A stretch of 63,883 nt of DNA, the filler included, from Welwitschia mirabilis (taxonomy: Eukaryota): the NCBI GenBank assembly GCA_051453625.1. It is 6 parts of one record of this genome, joined end to end, with 100 filler letters (N's around TTAATTAATTAA, not from the genome) between each part and the next. Parts side by side here need not be neighbours in the genome. Positions count along the whole stretch, not along the records: positions 15,993 to 29,651 come from JBOZIK010000001.1; positions 29,752 to 35,584 come from JBOZIK010000001.1; positions 35,685 to 47,041 come from JBOZIK010000001.1; 3 more parts are not named here. One strand, written 5' to 3'. The position numbers and the translations under genes were made by a program. Shown piece by piece: positions 25,513 to 38,475 of this stretch; within the stretch, counting starts at the first letter, position 1, and each line of letters opens with the position of its first letter. The notes beneath the pieces are model-generated. The model made no database searches, had not been told where the DNA came from, and saw nothing but the letters and a program-made list of their open reading frames with translations.

Positions 25513-26189
25513 ATTCTCTTCCCCTTGAGAGGTTTCCTCCTAGAAACTTGCCATTAGCTTAGGTTTGTATTGGAAGATCTCACTCATTAACTTTCATGTT
25601 GCTTAACTCTTTAGTTTTCCTGACCACAGAATCTTGTATAACTCAATTATTTTTCTTGAATTACCATTTGTTTTTGGTTTAATATTTGTGGGACAATTTA
25701 GAAAATTAATTATAGCTTGATCTGGAGTAACCTTGGGTCTATTAGAAACACATATGATTTGCAAAATCAAGATGCACCAAGGATTAGATCATTGACAAGG
25801 AGATAAATTCAATGAATAAGGAATCTAGATACTTCACCAATCATTCTAACAATGTAATGTTTTTCACAAGAATTAAGATCAAGCAAGGTTAGTGATAGAC
25901 AAGGAGTTTAAAAGAATTTGAAGAAATTACGAGGGGCAAGAAACCAAAAACTTTCATGGATGTGAAAGGATGTAAGAGCCTAGGATGATAACACTAAATT
26001 CGATGAGAAATTAACCAATTTCAAGCATCCAACAAGATAAAGGAGTTATAAGTTAGCGAGATGACCATGTTATTGATAGGAGGGATGTAATATTTGATAT
26101 TTTAGGCTAAGTATGGAAAAGTTTTAATGTAACACTCCCAAACCATTTTGCTCACTAGTAATTAATGTAAAATAAGAAAATGTTATAGG

Positions 26190-26615
26190 CCAAAGAATTA
26201 TACTTGGCTAATACTCAATTTAGTTCAATACACAAATTGGAGATAATATACTTAATTGATTACTCATCTCTAAACATTAGCACATTAATAACTTGATTTA
26301 ATATGGTTAGGGAGAATTCTGCTTGGCTAATACTCAATTTAGTTCAATACACAAAATGGAGATAATATACTCAATTTATTGCTTATGTCTAAACGTTAGC
26401 ACACTTAAAACACTTAATAACTTGATTTAGTATGGGTAGAGAATGAAATAGTGGTTAACCCATCACAAATAGATAGCTTAGGGAATGAAATAAACCGGAG
26501 ATAATATACTCAATTTATTGCTCATGTCTAAAGATTAGCACACTTAATAACTTGATTTAATATGAGTAGGGAATGAAATAGTGGTTAACACATCATAAGT
26601 AGATAGCTTAGGGAA
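26190..26615. repeat. Degenerate tandem repeat, ~120-175-bp units, about 3 copies
   Basis: Recurring ggagataatatact.aatt.att.ctcat.tctaaa..ttagcaca..ttaataacttgattta.tatg blocks. Confidence 0.75.
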
Positions 26616-27148
26616 CATTAAAAGTCTGCCATTTTTTTACTTTGACATAGGAAAGGAATAGAAACGGTAAGTGACTCAATCTCAAAATCTCCACATTTTT
26701 AAGAATTTCTTATAACCAAGATTACCATTGCATTTGACCTGTCTAATGTATTTTTGTGTGCACCTTTGTAAGGGAAAGCCTTCATTATTCTGCGAGACAC
26801 TCTATAAAGCCTTCATTATTTTGTGGGCTTTCTCTTGCTGTACTCTGATCTTCCGTGAATTCTTTCATATCCCTGGTCATGGCTGGAGCGTTGCGTAAGC
26901 ATGAACTAACAAAGAGAACAAGCGTCGGAAAGAAAGAGAAGTGGGCGGTCTTTATGAAAGGATCTTGGACGTTTACACAGTTCTAAGCTTAACAGCTTGG
27001 ACAATCTTATGATTACTCGCACAGTATTTTCCTAAAAAAGAGAAACAGNNNNNNNNNNNNNNNNNNNNNNNNNNNNNNNNNNNNNNNNNNNNNNNNNNNN
27101 NNNNNNNNNNNNNNNNNNNNNNNNNNNNNNNNNNNNNNNNNNNNNNNN

Positions 27149-29651
27149 AGATCCATGTTTTTTGGATCTAAGATGAGACTTGTGAGGAAAGCTTAGAATG
27201 AGATTATGGTGGAAGTTATGAGACATCATATATAAATTAACTTTGAAAGATAATGAAAAGCATGCCCACCCATTGTGTCGAGCATGGCCAAGGGCTAGGG
27301 CATCTATGTTTGAAAAATTATTTTTTATGTTTTGAACACATGATGTTTATCAATTCATTGGTATCAATTTATGATTTTCTGTCTGTGTCTTGTGCTTTTA
27401 AACCCTTCAAATGGTATCAAAGCCTCCTGAGTTATTGGTTAATCACCAGGCTCAGTAAGAATCCATTCCAAATGAGCCATGGCGAAGAAAGATCTCACGT
27501 AATGTTTACAGGAGTGGCTTGGACTCCCTGCAAATACGAAACAGAACCAGAAATGCCATGCGACTGTTGTTGCCTTTCATGTAGAAATTTCAGAGGATTT
27601 TGGGGTCGAATTCAAATCTGAAATGTCATGGCTGTCCTGAGCGCTTCCCCCCTTCAGGGAGGGAAGGGTGAACGTGCTGTTGCAACAACAGAAGAAGAAA
27701 AGAAAAAGAGAGGGAAAGGCAAGGGAACAATAGATAAAAGAGGTGTAAAAGACGACCTTTCCGAGCTCACAAAGAGCTTCCAGAAGAAGCTCTAGGGTGT
27801 TGCATTTTTCATTGCTCCTTCTCCACCTCCATCGGCATCAATAGGCAAGATTGCAGGAAGAAGATGACATCGAGGATGAGGTTTTAGGCGGGGAAAATCA
27901 TCATTACTTGAAGAATTCAGAGCTTGATTGCCCCAATTGGACAAGGAAGGAGGCAAAGCCTTCGCTGGAAGGAATGAGAAGTGATCTCGCAGAAATTAGT
28001 GGGAGTGTGAAGACTAGAATTTCAAGGTTGGCTTTGAAGCTATTTCCTTTCAAGGGACACGCTTCTGATGTAGACGATGAGGGGCAAACAAGAGAAGAGG
28101 AGGAAGATGATTCAGACGATGAAGAAGAAGAAAAGAAGAAGAAAAAGAAGAAGAAGAGGAGAAGCTTCAGAAGGAGCCCGTTAAGCCTGTTGATGGAATT
28201 ATGGAGGAGGTTTTGTCCTTTGCCAAGAACATTTCAATGCATCTAGAGAGTTGGCTAGATTTTCCTTTATGCTCAGACGACAATGATCTTGATGATTTTG
28301 AAATGTCAGATATTCAACAAGAACATGCCTTGGCTATTGAGCACTTAGACCTCGGGTTGGCAACCCTTAAGATTGAGCTTTGTCTAGGATTAATGAGTCA
28401 AGGATGCTTTTGGAAGATTTACTTTGTGCTTTTAACTTCCCAGCTCAATAAGCAAGATACTTTTCTACTGTCTATGCCTCAGATAGTAGAGACCAGAGTC
28501 TTGTTAATGCAAGGGTTGTGAAAGAGAACTAGATCAGAGGAAGGAAATACTGAGAATGAATTCTCCCAAATTGAAGGAATTCAGTCAGGGCTTTCAGATG
28601 AACAAAAAATCTCAAATTCCTTCTTAGATCCTGAGGGAAAAGTAAAAGCTTCAAAGGTTGTGTTAGTGCAAGTTGGAGGCCCTATAGGTGGCAGCGATTT
28701 TCATCATGATGAACAGATTGGTAAAATGCCAAACCAAAAGTCAATGGATAATGCTTTTATTTCTTATGAGGAGTCCACTTCTAAGAATAAGAATGTGTTG
28801 GCCAGGACTTTGAAATTCTTGGATATTAATTATAAGGACGAGGATAATGTAGATGAATGGTTAGAGGAAAAGCCATACGGGGGTAATGTTGGTTAACAAT
28901 CTCAAGCGCGATTGACAAATAAAGATGATGTTTCATTTAGTGATCTTGGAGTTGAGGATGATAGTGGGTTGCAAACGACAAATGGACACCTAAAAATGCT
29001 CAATTCTTGTAGAATTTCAAGGTTATATAATATTAGAGAAATACAGAAGTTGCTACCCAGATCGATGAGACTTCCAAATGGAGAATGCGTCATCCTCCCC
29101 AAAGTGTGAAATGTAGATGAGGAGAAACGCACAACAAATTCTTTTGATTTGGCCAAAGCAGAAGGAGAATAAGGATATGAAAGCGCAGTGAAGTGTTGTG
29201 GAGTGGAGGAACACTATGTCATTAAAAGTGGTTTGATTCCTTAAATTTTTGTTATTTTTAACATTATCTATTATACCAAATTCCAATTGGTATTAAGGGG
29301 GTGAACTATAAAATTCTTTTAGTAGTAAGGTATTTTAAATTCCACATTTATAACCCCATTTAAAAGTGTATAAAGGTTTCCTGGAGTATCAAGAAGGTAC
29401 CTTTCTATCCCCTCTACTATTTGTATGAGTAAAAATGTGATGAAAAGGAGTTATATGTTTTAAGATACCCATGTGAGAGGCATGGATGTAGCTTCAAAGT
29501 GAAGAAGCTTGTCTAATGTGTAGCTCAAAACAAGGAAAGGGAACACTTACATTGTTCCACTTTACAAGAGAAAAAGGTAGAGTGAAGGAGGACTATAGGA
29601 GGAGTCCTTAAAGCTATGTTTGGAGAACTCCTTTAAGAGTTGGAAGGAGAA
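27149..29651 (+). mobile_element. Non-autonomous LTR retroelement copy B carrying a BSD-domain retrocopy
   Basis: 5' LTR end ...cccttCA at 27409, then aa, then PBS TGGTATCAAAGCC at 27412-27424. PPT ttggtattaagggggTG at 29287-29303. The 3' LTR shares motifs with copy A (aagg.acctt.ctat.ccc; atgtga.aggcatggatgt..caa.g.gaaga). Confidence 0.8.
27623..29200 (+). pseudogene. Processed pseudogene of a plant BSD-domain-containing protein
   Basis: MSWLS(*) start at 27623, GVKDDLSELT..L(*)GVAFFIAP, SDLAEISG, BSD core NISMHLESWLDFPL..DFEMSDIQQEHALAIE..ELC..MSQGCFWKIYFVLL..LLSMPQ, and C-terminal DDVSFSDL. No intron-sized interruptions; stops and frameshifts are present. The 3' end is approximate. Confidence 0.88.
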
Positions 29652-30419
29652 NNNNNNNNNNNNNNNNNNNNNNNNNNNNNNNNNNNNNNNNNNNNTTAAT
29701 TAATTAANNNNNNNNNNNNNNNNNNNNNNNNNNNNNNNNNNNNNNNNNNNNCTAGAATTTTTTGACAAATAACAATAAAAGTATTTGTTATGGAAAAAAA
29801 TCAAAATGTATGTATTATTTTTTAAAAAAATATTGGCTTAAGAACCTTGATTGTCTATGCTAAAAGTTCCCATTAAACACCTTTTCATGCATTGATACCA
29901 TAACAAAGACAAAAAGGGTTTTTTGTATGTAATTTCAAATTAAATTTACAGAACCTTCAGCATGAGGCAGTGTTCCAAGAAAATGGTCTACATGTATACA
30001 TGTCCAAAAATAGTTTCATGTTTTCNNNNNNNNNNNNNNNNNNNNNNNNNNNNNNNNNNNNNNNNNNNNNNNNNNNNNNNNNNNNNNNNNNNNNNNNNNN
30101 NNNNNNNNNNNNNNNNNNNNNNNNNNNNNNNNNNNNNNNNNNNNNNNNNNNNNNNNNNNNNNNNNNNNNNNNNNNNNNNNNNNNNNNNNNNNNNNNNNNN
30201 NNNNNNNNNNNNNNNNNNNNNNNNNNNNNNNNNNNNNCCCATTCCCATTTCCATTCCCATTCTCATTCCATCTTCATTTTCAAATTAAGAGAGGGCTGGA
30301 ATGCTAAATTTGGGCAACTATGATAATGGATTTTGGATGTCAGACATTCCTGCCTATGTTGTTGCTTCTTTTTTTGGTTGCTTTTCATCTTTCTGTGACA
30401 TACGAGCATAACTTTGCTA

Positions 30420-33400
30420 CTTGAGAAACAAGACAATGTTGAGCGAGAGATCTGATGAGTGCGCAAGAAAAAAGCAAGGTCGCGCTTTCGTTTGTGAGCT
30501 CGTTTTTAAGCAAGGTTGTGCATCTGTCACGCGTGACTTTTTTAAGGTCTCTTCATAGAGAGGCGGCAGCTAGTTGCCAACTGTCTTCACTGCGCCAACT
30601 AACGACTGAGAAATAGTCGTTTCTGAGAATTCAAGGTGAGTAGTCACCTAGATGGTGGCTAGTCGCTGCCTCTTTAAACACTGAGACCACTTCGAGGTGT
30701 TTCCTTCTTTCCTTTTTTGAAGGACGTTGCTTGCCTGTCTTAGCCTTAGGAGGAGATCCGTCTGAAAAACCTATTCCCATCCTCAAGACCTACTCCACCT
30801 TTCGTTTTTGGATACCCTAGAGTAACTTGGAAGATACCTTCTTCCCTTTGAAGTCCTCCCCTCTCTTACCTTTTACACTGCACCCAACCACCTTTATTTA
30901 TTTATTTATTTTTTGACCAACTCCTTTTTTTTTGTGAAGTTTCTAGTTTATCTTTGCATCGTGCTTTACACCATGTCTTGGTTATTCTATACCTTGTGGG
31001 TTCATTTTGGCTACTTGAATTCTCACGGCCCTCTAAAACAAGTCTAGGTTGTGTCACCCTAGAAAGGAGACATTGTTGTTCTTTGCAAGCCTCGAAAAAG
31101 GAATCCACAACAACAACAACAAAGCTAAAATTGAAAGTATTGGCTACACAGGTGGAGGTGACCTAACAAAAATTAATGATGTGTTATTTATTTATTTGTA
31201 AATGGCTTGAAACGTAATCTCTCATGTATTGAACAAATTTGTGACAAAAGTCACAAAGTGATATTTGACAGTAACAAATGTGAAGTTAGAGATGGTACTT
31301 CTAGTCATGTGTTCTTAGTAGCTAAGAGAAATGGGAATGTCTAACGTATAGAGCAAACATCTGAGAATGGTTGTGTGTCCACTGAAGTTAATGGCAATGT
31401 GCTATGGCATCAAAGGTTTGGACACATTGACTATGAGAGCTGAAAGAAACTTGCAAAAAGCAAATTGGTAAGAGGTCCATCTAAGATCTCTTTTACTAAT
31501 CAATCTATTTGTGATGCTTGTCAGAAAGGTAAACAGACTGGATCTTCTATTAAGAGCAAAGCTCATATCATAACATTTACACCCTTAAAGATAATCCACA
31601 TGGACTGGGTTGGACTAATTCAAATGGTAAGTCTATTAGGTAGACATTATTTCATGGTTGTGGTAGATGACTATTTAAGGTTTAATTCGTTTGCATTTTT
31701 GCACTGAAAATCAGATGCATTTCATGCTTCTATTAAAATTTGCAAAAAGATTCAGACTAAAAAAGGTGATGTTATTTTACAAGAAAAATAGAAGTAATCG
31801 TGGAGGAGAATTTGAAAATTTTTGCACTAACCTTGGCATTGAGCATGACTTTTCAACACTTAAAGACACCTCAGCAAAATGAAATTGCTGAAAGTTATAA
31901 TAGAGCTCTCTGGGACATGGCAAGCATGGGGTTGAATGACAAAGAGGTGCCTGAGAAGTTTTCAGCTAAAGCCATACATACAATTCGCTATAAGGCCAGG
32001 TACTAAAAGGACACCATGCAAGCTATGGGACGGTAAAAAGTCAGATATTTCATACGTCAATACTTTGGCCAGTAAGTTATTTATTTTAAAAGATAGAGAT
32101 AACTTTGGTAAATTTGATTCAAGATTTGATTATAATGTTGGGTTACTCTTTGTCAAGAAGGGCTTATGGAATCTTTAACAAGAGAACTCTAACTGTTGAA
32201 GAATATGTGAATGTAAAAATAAATGATGCTCTAATACATTGCCAACATGATGAATTTGCTGGTGACACTTCACAACACTTATTTTATAACAAAGTGTATT
32301 TTAGGCATTAACCAAGTTCAAGCACCAAAGCACTGAAGGATCACCTTCTTGATTTATTTATGGGTAAATTGATCAGAGGGCAAGTTCCAGAAGCCTATTA
32401 AAGAATTTCATTGCTTATGTTTCTTTTGTATCCCGGCTTGAACCTAAGACCTATGAGCTGAAAAGAATCATGAGTGTGATCTAGCAAGGCAAGAGGATCT
32501 AGACAATTTAAAAGCGACCAGGTATGGGAGTTAGTTCCTAAGCCTTCTGATAAAAATATGACTGGAACCAAGTGGGCTTATAGGGGAAAAATCAATGAAA
32601 AGAATGTCCTCACCAAAAACAAAGCCAAACTTGTAGCATAGGTGTATACGTAAATTGAAGGTATTGATTTGGGTGAGACTTTTGCCCTTGTGGCTCGATT
32701 AGGATCAAGAAATTTTCTTGCATTTGCTTGTTACAAAAAGTTCAAAATTTTTGAAATGGATGTTAAAAGTGCTTTTCTAAATGGGTCAATAGAAAAAGAA
32801 GAATATGTTGCTCAACCTAAAGACTTCATTGGTCCTCAACATCTAAATTATGTCCGTAAGTTGGAAAAGGCTTTACATGGTCTGAAACAAGCTCCTAGAG
32901 CTTGGTATGACAAATTATCAAAATTTTTAATTGAAAATGGTTATACTACAGGAAGTACTGATAAGACTTTACTTAGAAAGTCAATTCAAGATGATTTTAT
33001 ATTAGTTTTGATATATGTGGATGACATCATTTTCAGATCATCAGATGAAAAACTTTCATTAGAGTTTGCAAATTTGATGGAATCAAATTTTGAAATGAGC
33101 ATGATAGGTGAAGGGTACATGCTTCTGGACTTCAAATCAAGCAAAGGTAAAATAGCATTTTCATATCTCAGAGTAAACAGGCTTTTGATTTGATCAAAAA
33201 GTTTGGACTTGGAAATGCTAAAGTAGTTAGTAAACCCTTGTGTATGAATACAACATTAGACAAAGATAAAAATGATAAAGATGTTGATCAGAAATTGTAT
33301 AAAAGTATTATTGGAAGTTTGTTATATTTATCCATTAGTAGGTCCAATCTGGCATTTAGTGTTGGAGTTTTGCAAGATACCAAGTGAAGCGAAAAGAATT

Positions 33401-34995
33401 TGATTTGGTTGCAGCCAAGAGAATCCTTACATACCTCAAAGGTATGTGTGACTATGGGTTATGGTACCCATATAAGATTGATATAAATTTGATAGAATTC
33501 AGCAATGTGGACTGGGCTGGATGCACTGACAACAAAATAGGCAATAGTGGAAGTTTATTCTTCTTAGGAAGTTGTTTGACAGCTTAGTATACTAAGAAAC
33601 AAAATTCCATTGCTCTCTCTACTATTGTAGTGGACATGGAAATGAATTGTCTTTTACTTGTTCTTGCAAATCTATTTGTGTTCCTGGTAACATGCTTGTA
33701 CATATGGTAAGGGGGAGTTTTTTTGGTATTCCTAGAACCATACTTAGTCATCTTTCCCTTGCAAACTGTTCAAAATTCCTTATTCAATCAATCAATTCTC
33801 TTTTTAATAGAGTCAATTTGTTCAATTTCAAAATAATAATAATAATAATATAGCTTAACTGGTTAAAGTCAGAATGGTAAAAGGTGAGAGGTTATGCGTT
33901 CAAAACTCAACAAGTAAACTGCAGCAACAACAACAATAATAAACAACTCAGAATTGAAAAGGTCTGGTGTTACATAGCAAACCAGAGTTGAAAATGTATA
34001 ATGTTTTATAAAGACGCCATTCTTGGGAAGAGGCATGGAGCCCATGAAACTGGAGTATAGAATACATTCTCATGGCATTTCAATGAATAAGCAATTCGAG
34101 CATTGAATAAGCAATGGAAGAAGAAACAAAAGAAGAAGAACTCAAGAGCCTAAGTGATAAGGAGGGACAAGAGCTTTAGTGGCATGAGAAGAAGCTGTAG
34201 CGGCATTCTTGGAAGTGAAGATTTGTAGAAGGTGCTGATTTCTTCAAACCTGTGTTGCAAATCAGTAGGTATTTCCATTCATGCTTCCTTATTCTATTGA
34301 AGACAGCAAAATTGTAGAACAAACGCGTGAAAATTTTTGCTTCAAATTAATTAAAGAAGTTCCTATTTTACTTATTTGTATTTTGTGAAATCAGTTGTAT
34401 ATTTAAAAATCTGTAATTGCAAATTAAATAAAATCTTCTGCATAAAGTTTGTTTATTTATTTGTTTGTTGTAAACATGTGTACTTTAAGATTTCACATAC
34501 TTGATCCTTTAGGGTAGTTTGGGCCTAACACTTAATCTAAAGTCAATGTTTTAATTCTTCACTCCCTACAAGCTCTCTTATTGTAAAATTCATCATTCTT
34601 AAGATAAAAGCTATCCCATCAGTCTATTAGAGACATTCTTTTGATATTCATGGAATGGATTAGTGCACTTAGGCACATAGATCATTTATAAAGCTATTGC
34701 CTTTATGGTTTGTGGCTTTGGCCTCAAAATCCATGGCTGTAGAAGGTTGATGGAGAGCCTAGAAAACATTCAGAGATAATTAAATCCAACCTAAGTCACA
34801 CTAATTGGAGGTTGAAGAGTGGACTAGATTTGCACAGTAAAAGTTTTGGTGGTGATTTTAGTGATAGTTTCTTTGCTTGATTTTGATTTATGAATTATCT
34901 CTATCCACAAAGAAAATTCATTGTCAAAGTTGATTGTTGTAGGACGAAGTTGAATAAACACTATTCACCCTCCTCTAGGGTTGAGCTTTCTATCA
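30420..34995 (+). mobile_element. Decayed Ty1/Copia element (SIRE-like): integrase, RT, RNase H and probable 3' LTR
   Basis: ICDACQKGKQT..IHMD..VVVDDY (IN, 31465-31700), TPQQNE, MDVKSAFLNG, LHGLKQAPRAWY, LIYVDDIIF (RT, 32669-33190), YGLWYP..DWAG (33384-33600). PPT-like aagggggag at ~33709 and an LTR-end motif attcaccctcctctag at ~34963. Outer boundaries are approximate. Confidence 0.85.
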
Positions 34996-36870
34996 TTAGT
35001 GTCTGCCAATAAGACATTCACTCATTTGCTTTAGTAACCAGTGAAAGAAATGCACTTTCATTATTGTACCTTGTTGCTAGAACACCTTTGGTTGATCTAG
35101 AAGATCTCACTAGCTACACTCGAGTCTGTACTTTCTACCTATGTCTGTATATCAATAGGTGCTTGCTTTGGAGCTGCTTCTCTGTTCTTTTATCATCCTT
35201 ATTCTCTTAAGTTTCCATTTGAACAAAAACTTCCTCTTGAGACTGATCCTTTGCAATGTCTTCCTGCTTGTCCTTTTTGGACACAGAGGATTCATTAAAA
35301 ACAACATCCTTGCCAACCAAGATCTTCTGTGAAGTAGGATCATAGATTCTATATCCCTTTGCGCCATTTGCATATCTAAGAAAGATGCATACTCAGATTT
35401 TAGATTCAGCTTGCTCCTTTAGACATCTGAAATGTGAAAATATGTAGGACATCCAAAAGCATATGATTCATCCTTACCACAACACCATTTTCCTATGGAG
35501 TTCTTAGGACCATGGTTGTCAGACTCGGACTCGGCACCAAACTCGTTTGGCTACCCTGGACTCGGACTCGGTTGCCAAACTCGGNNNNNNNNNNNNNNNN
35601 NNNNNNNNNNNNNNNNNNNNNNNNNNNNTTAATTAATTAANNNNNNNNNNNNNNNNNNNNNNNNNNNNNNNNNNNNNNNNNNNNACGATATCAATGTTAG
35701 CTCTATTTATAACCAAAAATGGCATGTTCAAAAACCATCTCATTGGTTTGATTAATTGAATCAGATCTAGAAGATTCCAACCTTTTCAAATGTTAAGCTC
35801 TTTTTTTAGTATCTAAGGTTTCAAGGGCTTCTTATTGGGAATCATTTACATCATTTAGGGGTGTCAAACCCAAATTGTTTAAGGTGTCGAAGCCAATTTC
35901 TCTAGAGTGAGTTCAAGAGGAGGATTTTTTTGCATGTTTTTTACCATTGTCAGCTTGACAAGAATACAGAGTTGAGTTTCTTGTATCCTCCCATATATTC
36001 TTGTTAATCTGGAGACACTTTTTCTTGGGTTTAACCCTAATTTCAGTGGTGTATACTTTTCTTTGGCGGATAACCAGGATACGCATCCTTTACTTCATGT
36101 GGAAACACATATGTCACTTGCACTTCAAGAAACAAAATGTCTCTACAATTTTTTTTCTTTTAAATATGCAAGAGAAATCTAAAAATATTTGTTTTGTTTC
36201 ATTTCACATTTTCATGCTCATACAACAAAGGTGCAATTGGAATTTCTCTACCTCGTGTGACTTGTTTGGCCTTAGTCTTGCAATGTTCAAATAAGAGATG
36301 CTCCTTTCCAAGTTTATCCTCCTTTGAGTCACATTAGTAGGACCACCCACAATGACTCTTATATGCCTTTCAAGACAAAAAAATCAAAACCATCCCTTCC
36401 CACCAACTTAGTGCTTTAATTTTTTCTTCTATGGTTGTATTCTCTTTTTATCTTCTATTTAGTTATGTTGCCTCCTAACTTGTTTTATCTAAAACTCTTT
36501 TGAATAACATATGCCTCACAATTTCTATGTATTTTCATTTTTGCTATCTATTGTAACATGTTTTCGGGGTCTAACACACCACGCTGCTCTCCCCCAACTA
36601 CCACAAAGACATTAATTGATGTTTCTAATACTTGTGATCTGGTTTAATCTTAAATAATAACCAAGACCAGAAAACTTTTCAAAAACCACATTAAATCTTC
36701 CAAAGTACTAAGCTTATTAATTATTTTTTTTAAAATTAATTACTTAAATACTTTATATGTTATTAGTAATTGAAGATAACAAGCATGTCGCAAAAATAAG
36801 CATGTTACAAATCACACAGGACAAGGAATGTCAATACTAGATCCCTTCTCTCCTCAACAACCATGGGGTA

Positions 36871-37127
36871 TTACCATGATATGCTCATTCCCTTGAAAAG
36901 ATAGGGTACAGAGACAAAAAGGGGCATTTGTAGGTAAGGCAGCCACTACATTGAGCATTACCATGATATACTCATTCCCTCGAAAGGATAGGGTACAAAG
37001 ACAAAAAGGGGCATTTGTAGGTAAGGCTGCCACTACATTGAGCATTACCATGTTATGCTCATTCCCTTGAAAGGATAGGGTACAAAGACAAAAGGGGCAT
37101 TTGTAGGTAAGGCTGCCACTATATTGG
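36871..37127. repeat. Tandem repeat, 87-bp unit x3
   Basis: Units start at 36871, 36958 and 37045 (ttaccatg.tat.ctcattccct.gaaa.gatagggtaca.agacaaa..ggggcatttgtaggtaagg...). Confidence 0.95.
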
Positions 37128-38475
37128 AGGGCTATGTGAAACAACTCAAATCCCACTAGCGCACGTGATTTTTGTAGTTGTTACCAAGTAATTGAGTAGT
37201 GTCTTAGGAAACAAAGACATCATGAGTTAATGAGAAGACGCAATACAAGTGGGCCATGCTTAAAGTAACTAAAGATAATTGTCAACTTCAAACTTCTAAT
37301 GACCATACCTTTTCCTGAAATTACATTTGCCACAATTACCTGAGCAAATGACTCCACTATGACCAAAACCCTACAACATGTGATGCAAAGGATTCGAAGG
37401 TTGAAACCTACAACCTCCCAAATGAAAGACAATTGTCCTACCATCATATTAGCTTACCAAAGTAATGGTTATAATACACTTTTTATTTCCAAGACGTACA
37501 TTACAGTTCATGCTTGCAGTTAGTAAAATAACTGTACAAAAAGATCCTATTTGGTTAATCAAAATGTTGATAATAAATTCATATTTTCAAAAAATGAAAA
37601 ACGAAAAACAACATGCTTTTTAACTCATCCCTCGGTGAACATCACAAAATAAAAGGGTGATGTTGCACATGCAACTAATCTCACCATTTTTTAGCATCTT
37701 ACATGATGAAACCTGTGTCGATAGAAGTAACACATGCTTTTGGATTCATCTTGTAATTTGCATATTTGTAAATGTGATGAACTGATGATAGTCTTTCAAA
37801 ATACTTTTCAAACATGTTTAAAAGGTTTCGTCAAAAGAGTTTTTATCATCTTATACAGTTTCAACTTCCCTCCCCCTCTAAAAAGCTTTCACAAGGATTG
37901 TTCCTGTAAATTGCAACTATGCAAATTCCAGATATGTATTACGGCTACTCAAATATAAACATTATAATAATGAAATTCAAATAAAATTGAAGAAGTAAAG
38001 TTTTTGGTTCACCAACGCCATCAAACACGAAGGAAGTACAAAGCTCCAATGAATTTACTTTATTTTATACAGATGTATGTTGGAGATGTTAATAAGAATT
38101 AACCATTCATATGTCAACCTAAAAGAATCATTATTTTTCTGTGGTTCCAGAAAGCTAACAATATCTCCCAATTGCCAAAACAATTATGCAAGTATCATGT
38201 GCTCGATATAAGCACAACAGCATCAAACTACAAGTTGGTACTCTGCTTGTACATTTGCTTAACCTGCTTCATCAGAATGGACAGGAAGATTTTGTTAAAA
38301 CTAATAATGTTCTTTACATCATAAAAATATCATGCATTCAGTTTTCCAATATTGAAGCATGGGCTTTAGGTATTGTTTTTAATACAGATTTTCAGATGTT
38401 AGACCAAGACATTAATTTAACCGATCTCTGAACTCTCAAACTGATCAATTTCCCTTTCAATTAAGATCCAATTCT

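Noticed and set aside
27623-29200. Functional BSD gene
   Set aside because: It has multiple premature stops and frameshifts and sits between a PBS and a PPT.
36871-37127. CRISPR-like array
   Set aside because: Whole units repeat with no unique spacers, the context is eukaryotic and there are no cas genes. The same applies to 26190-26615.
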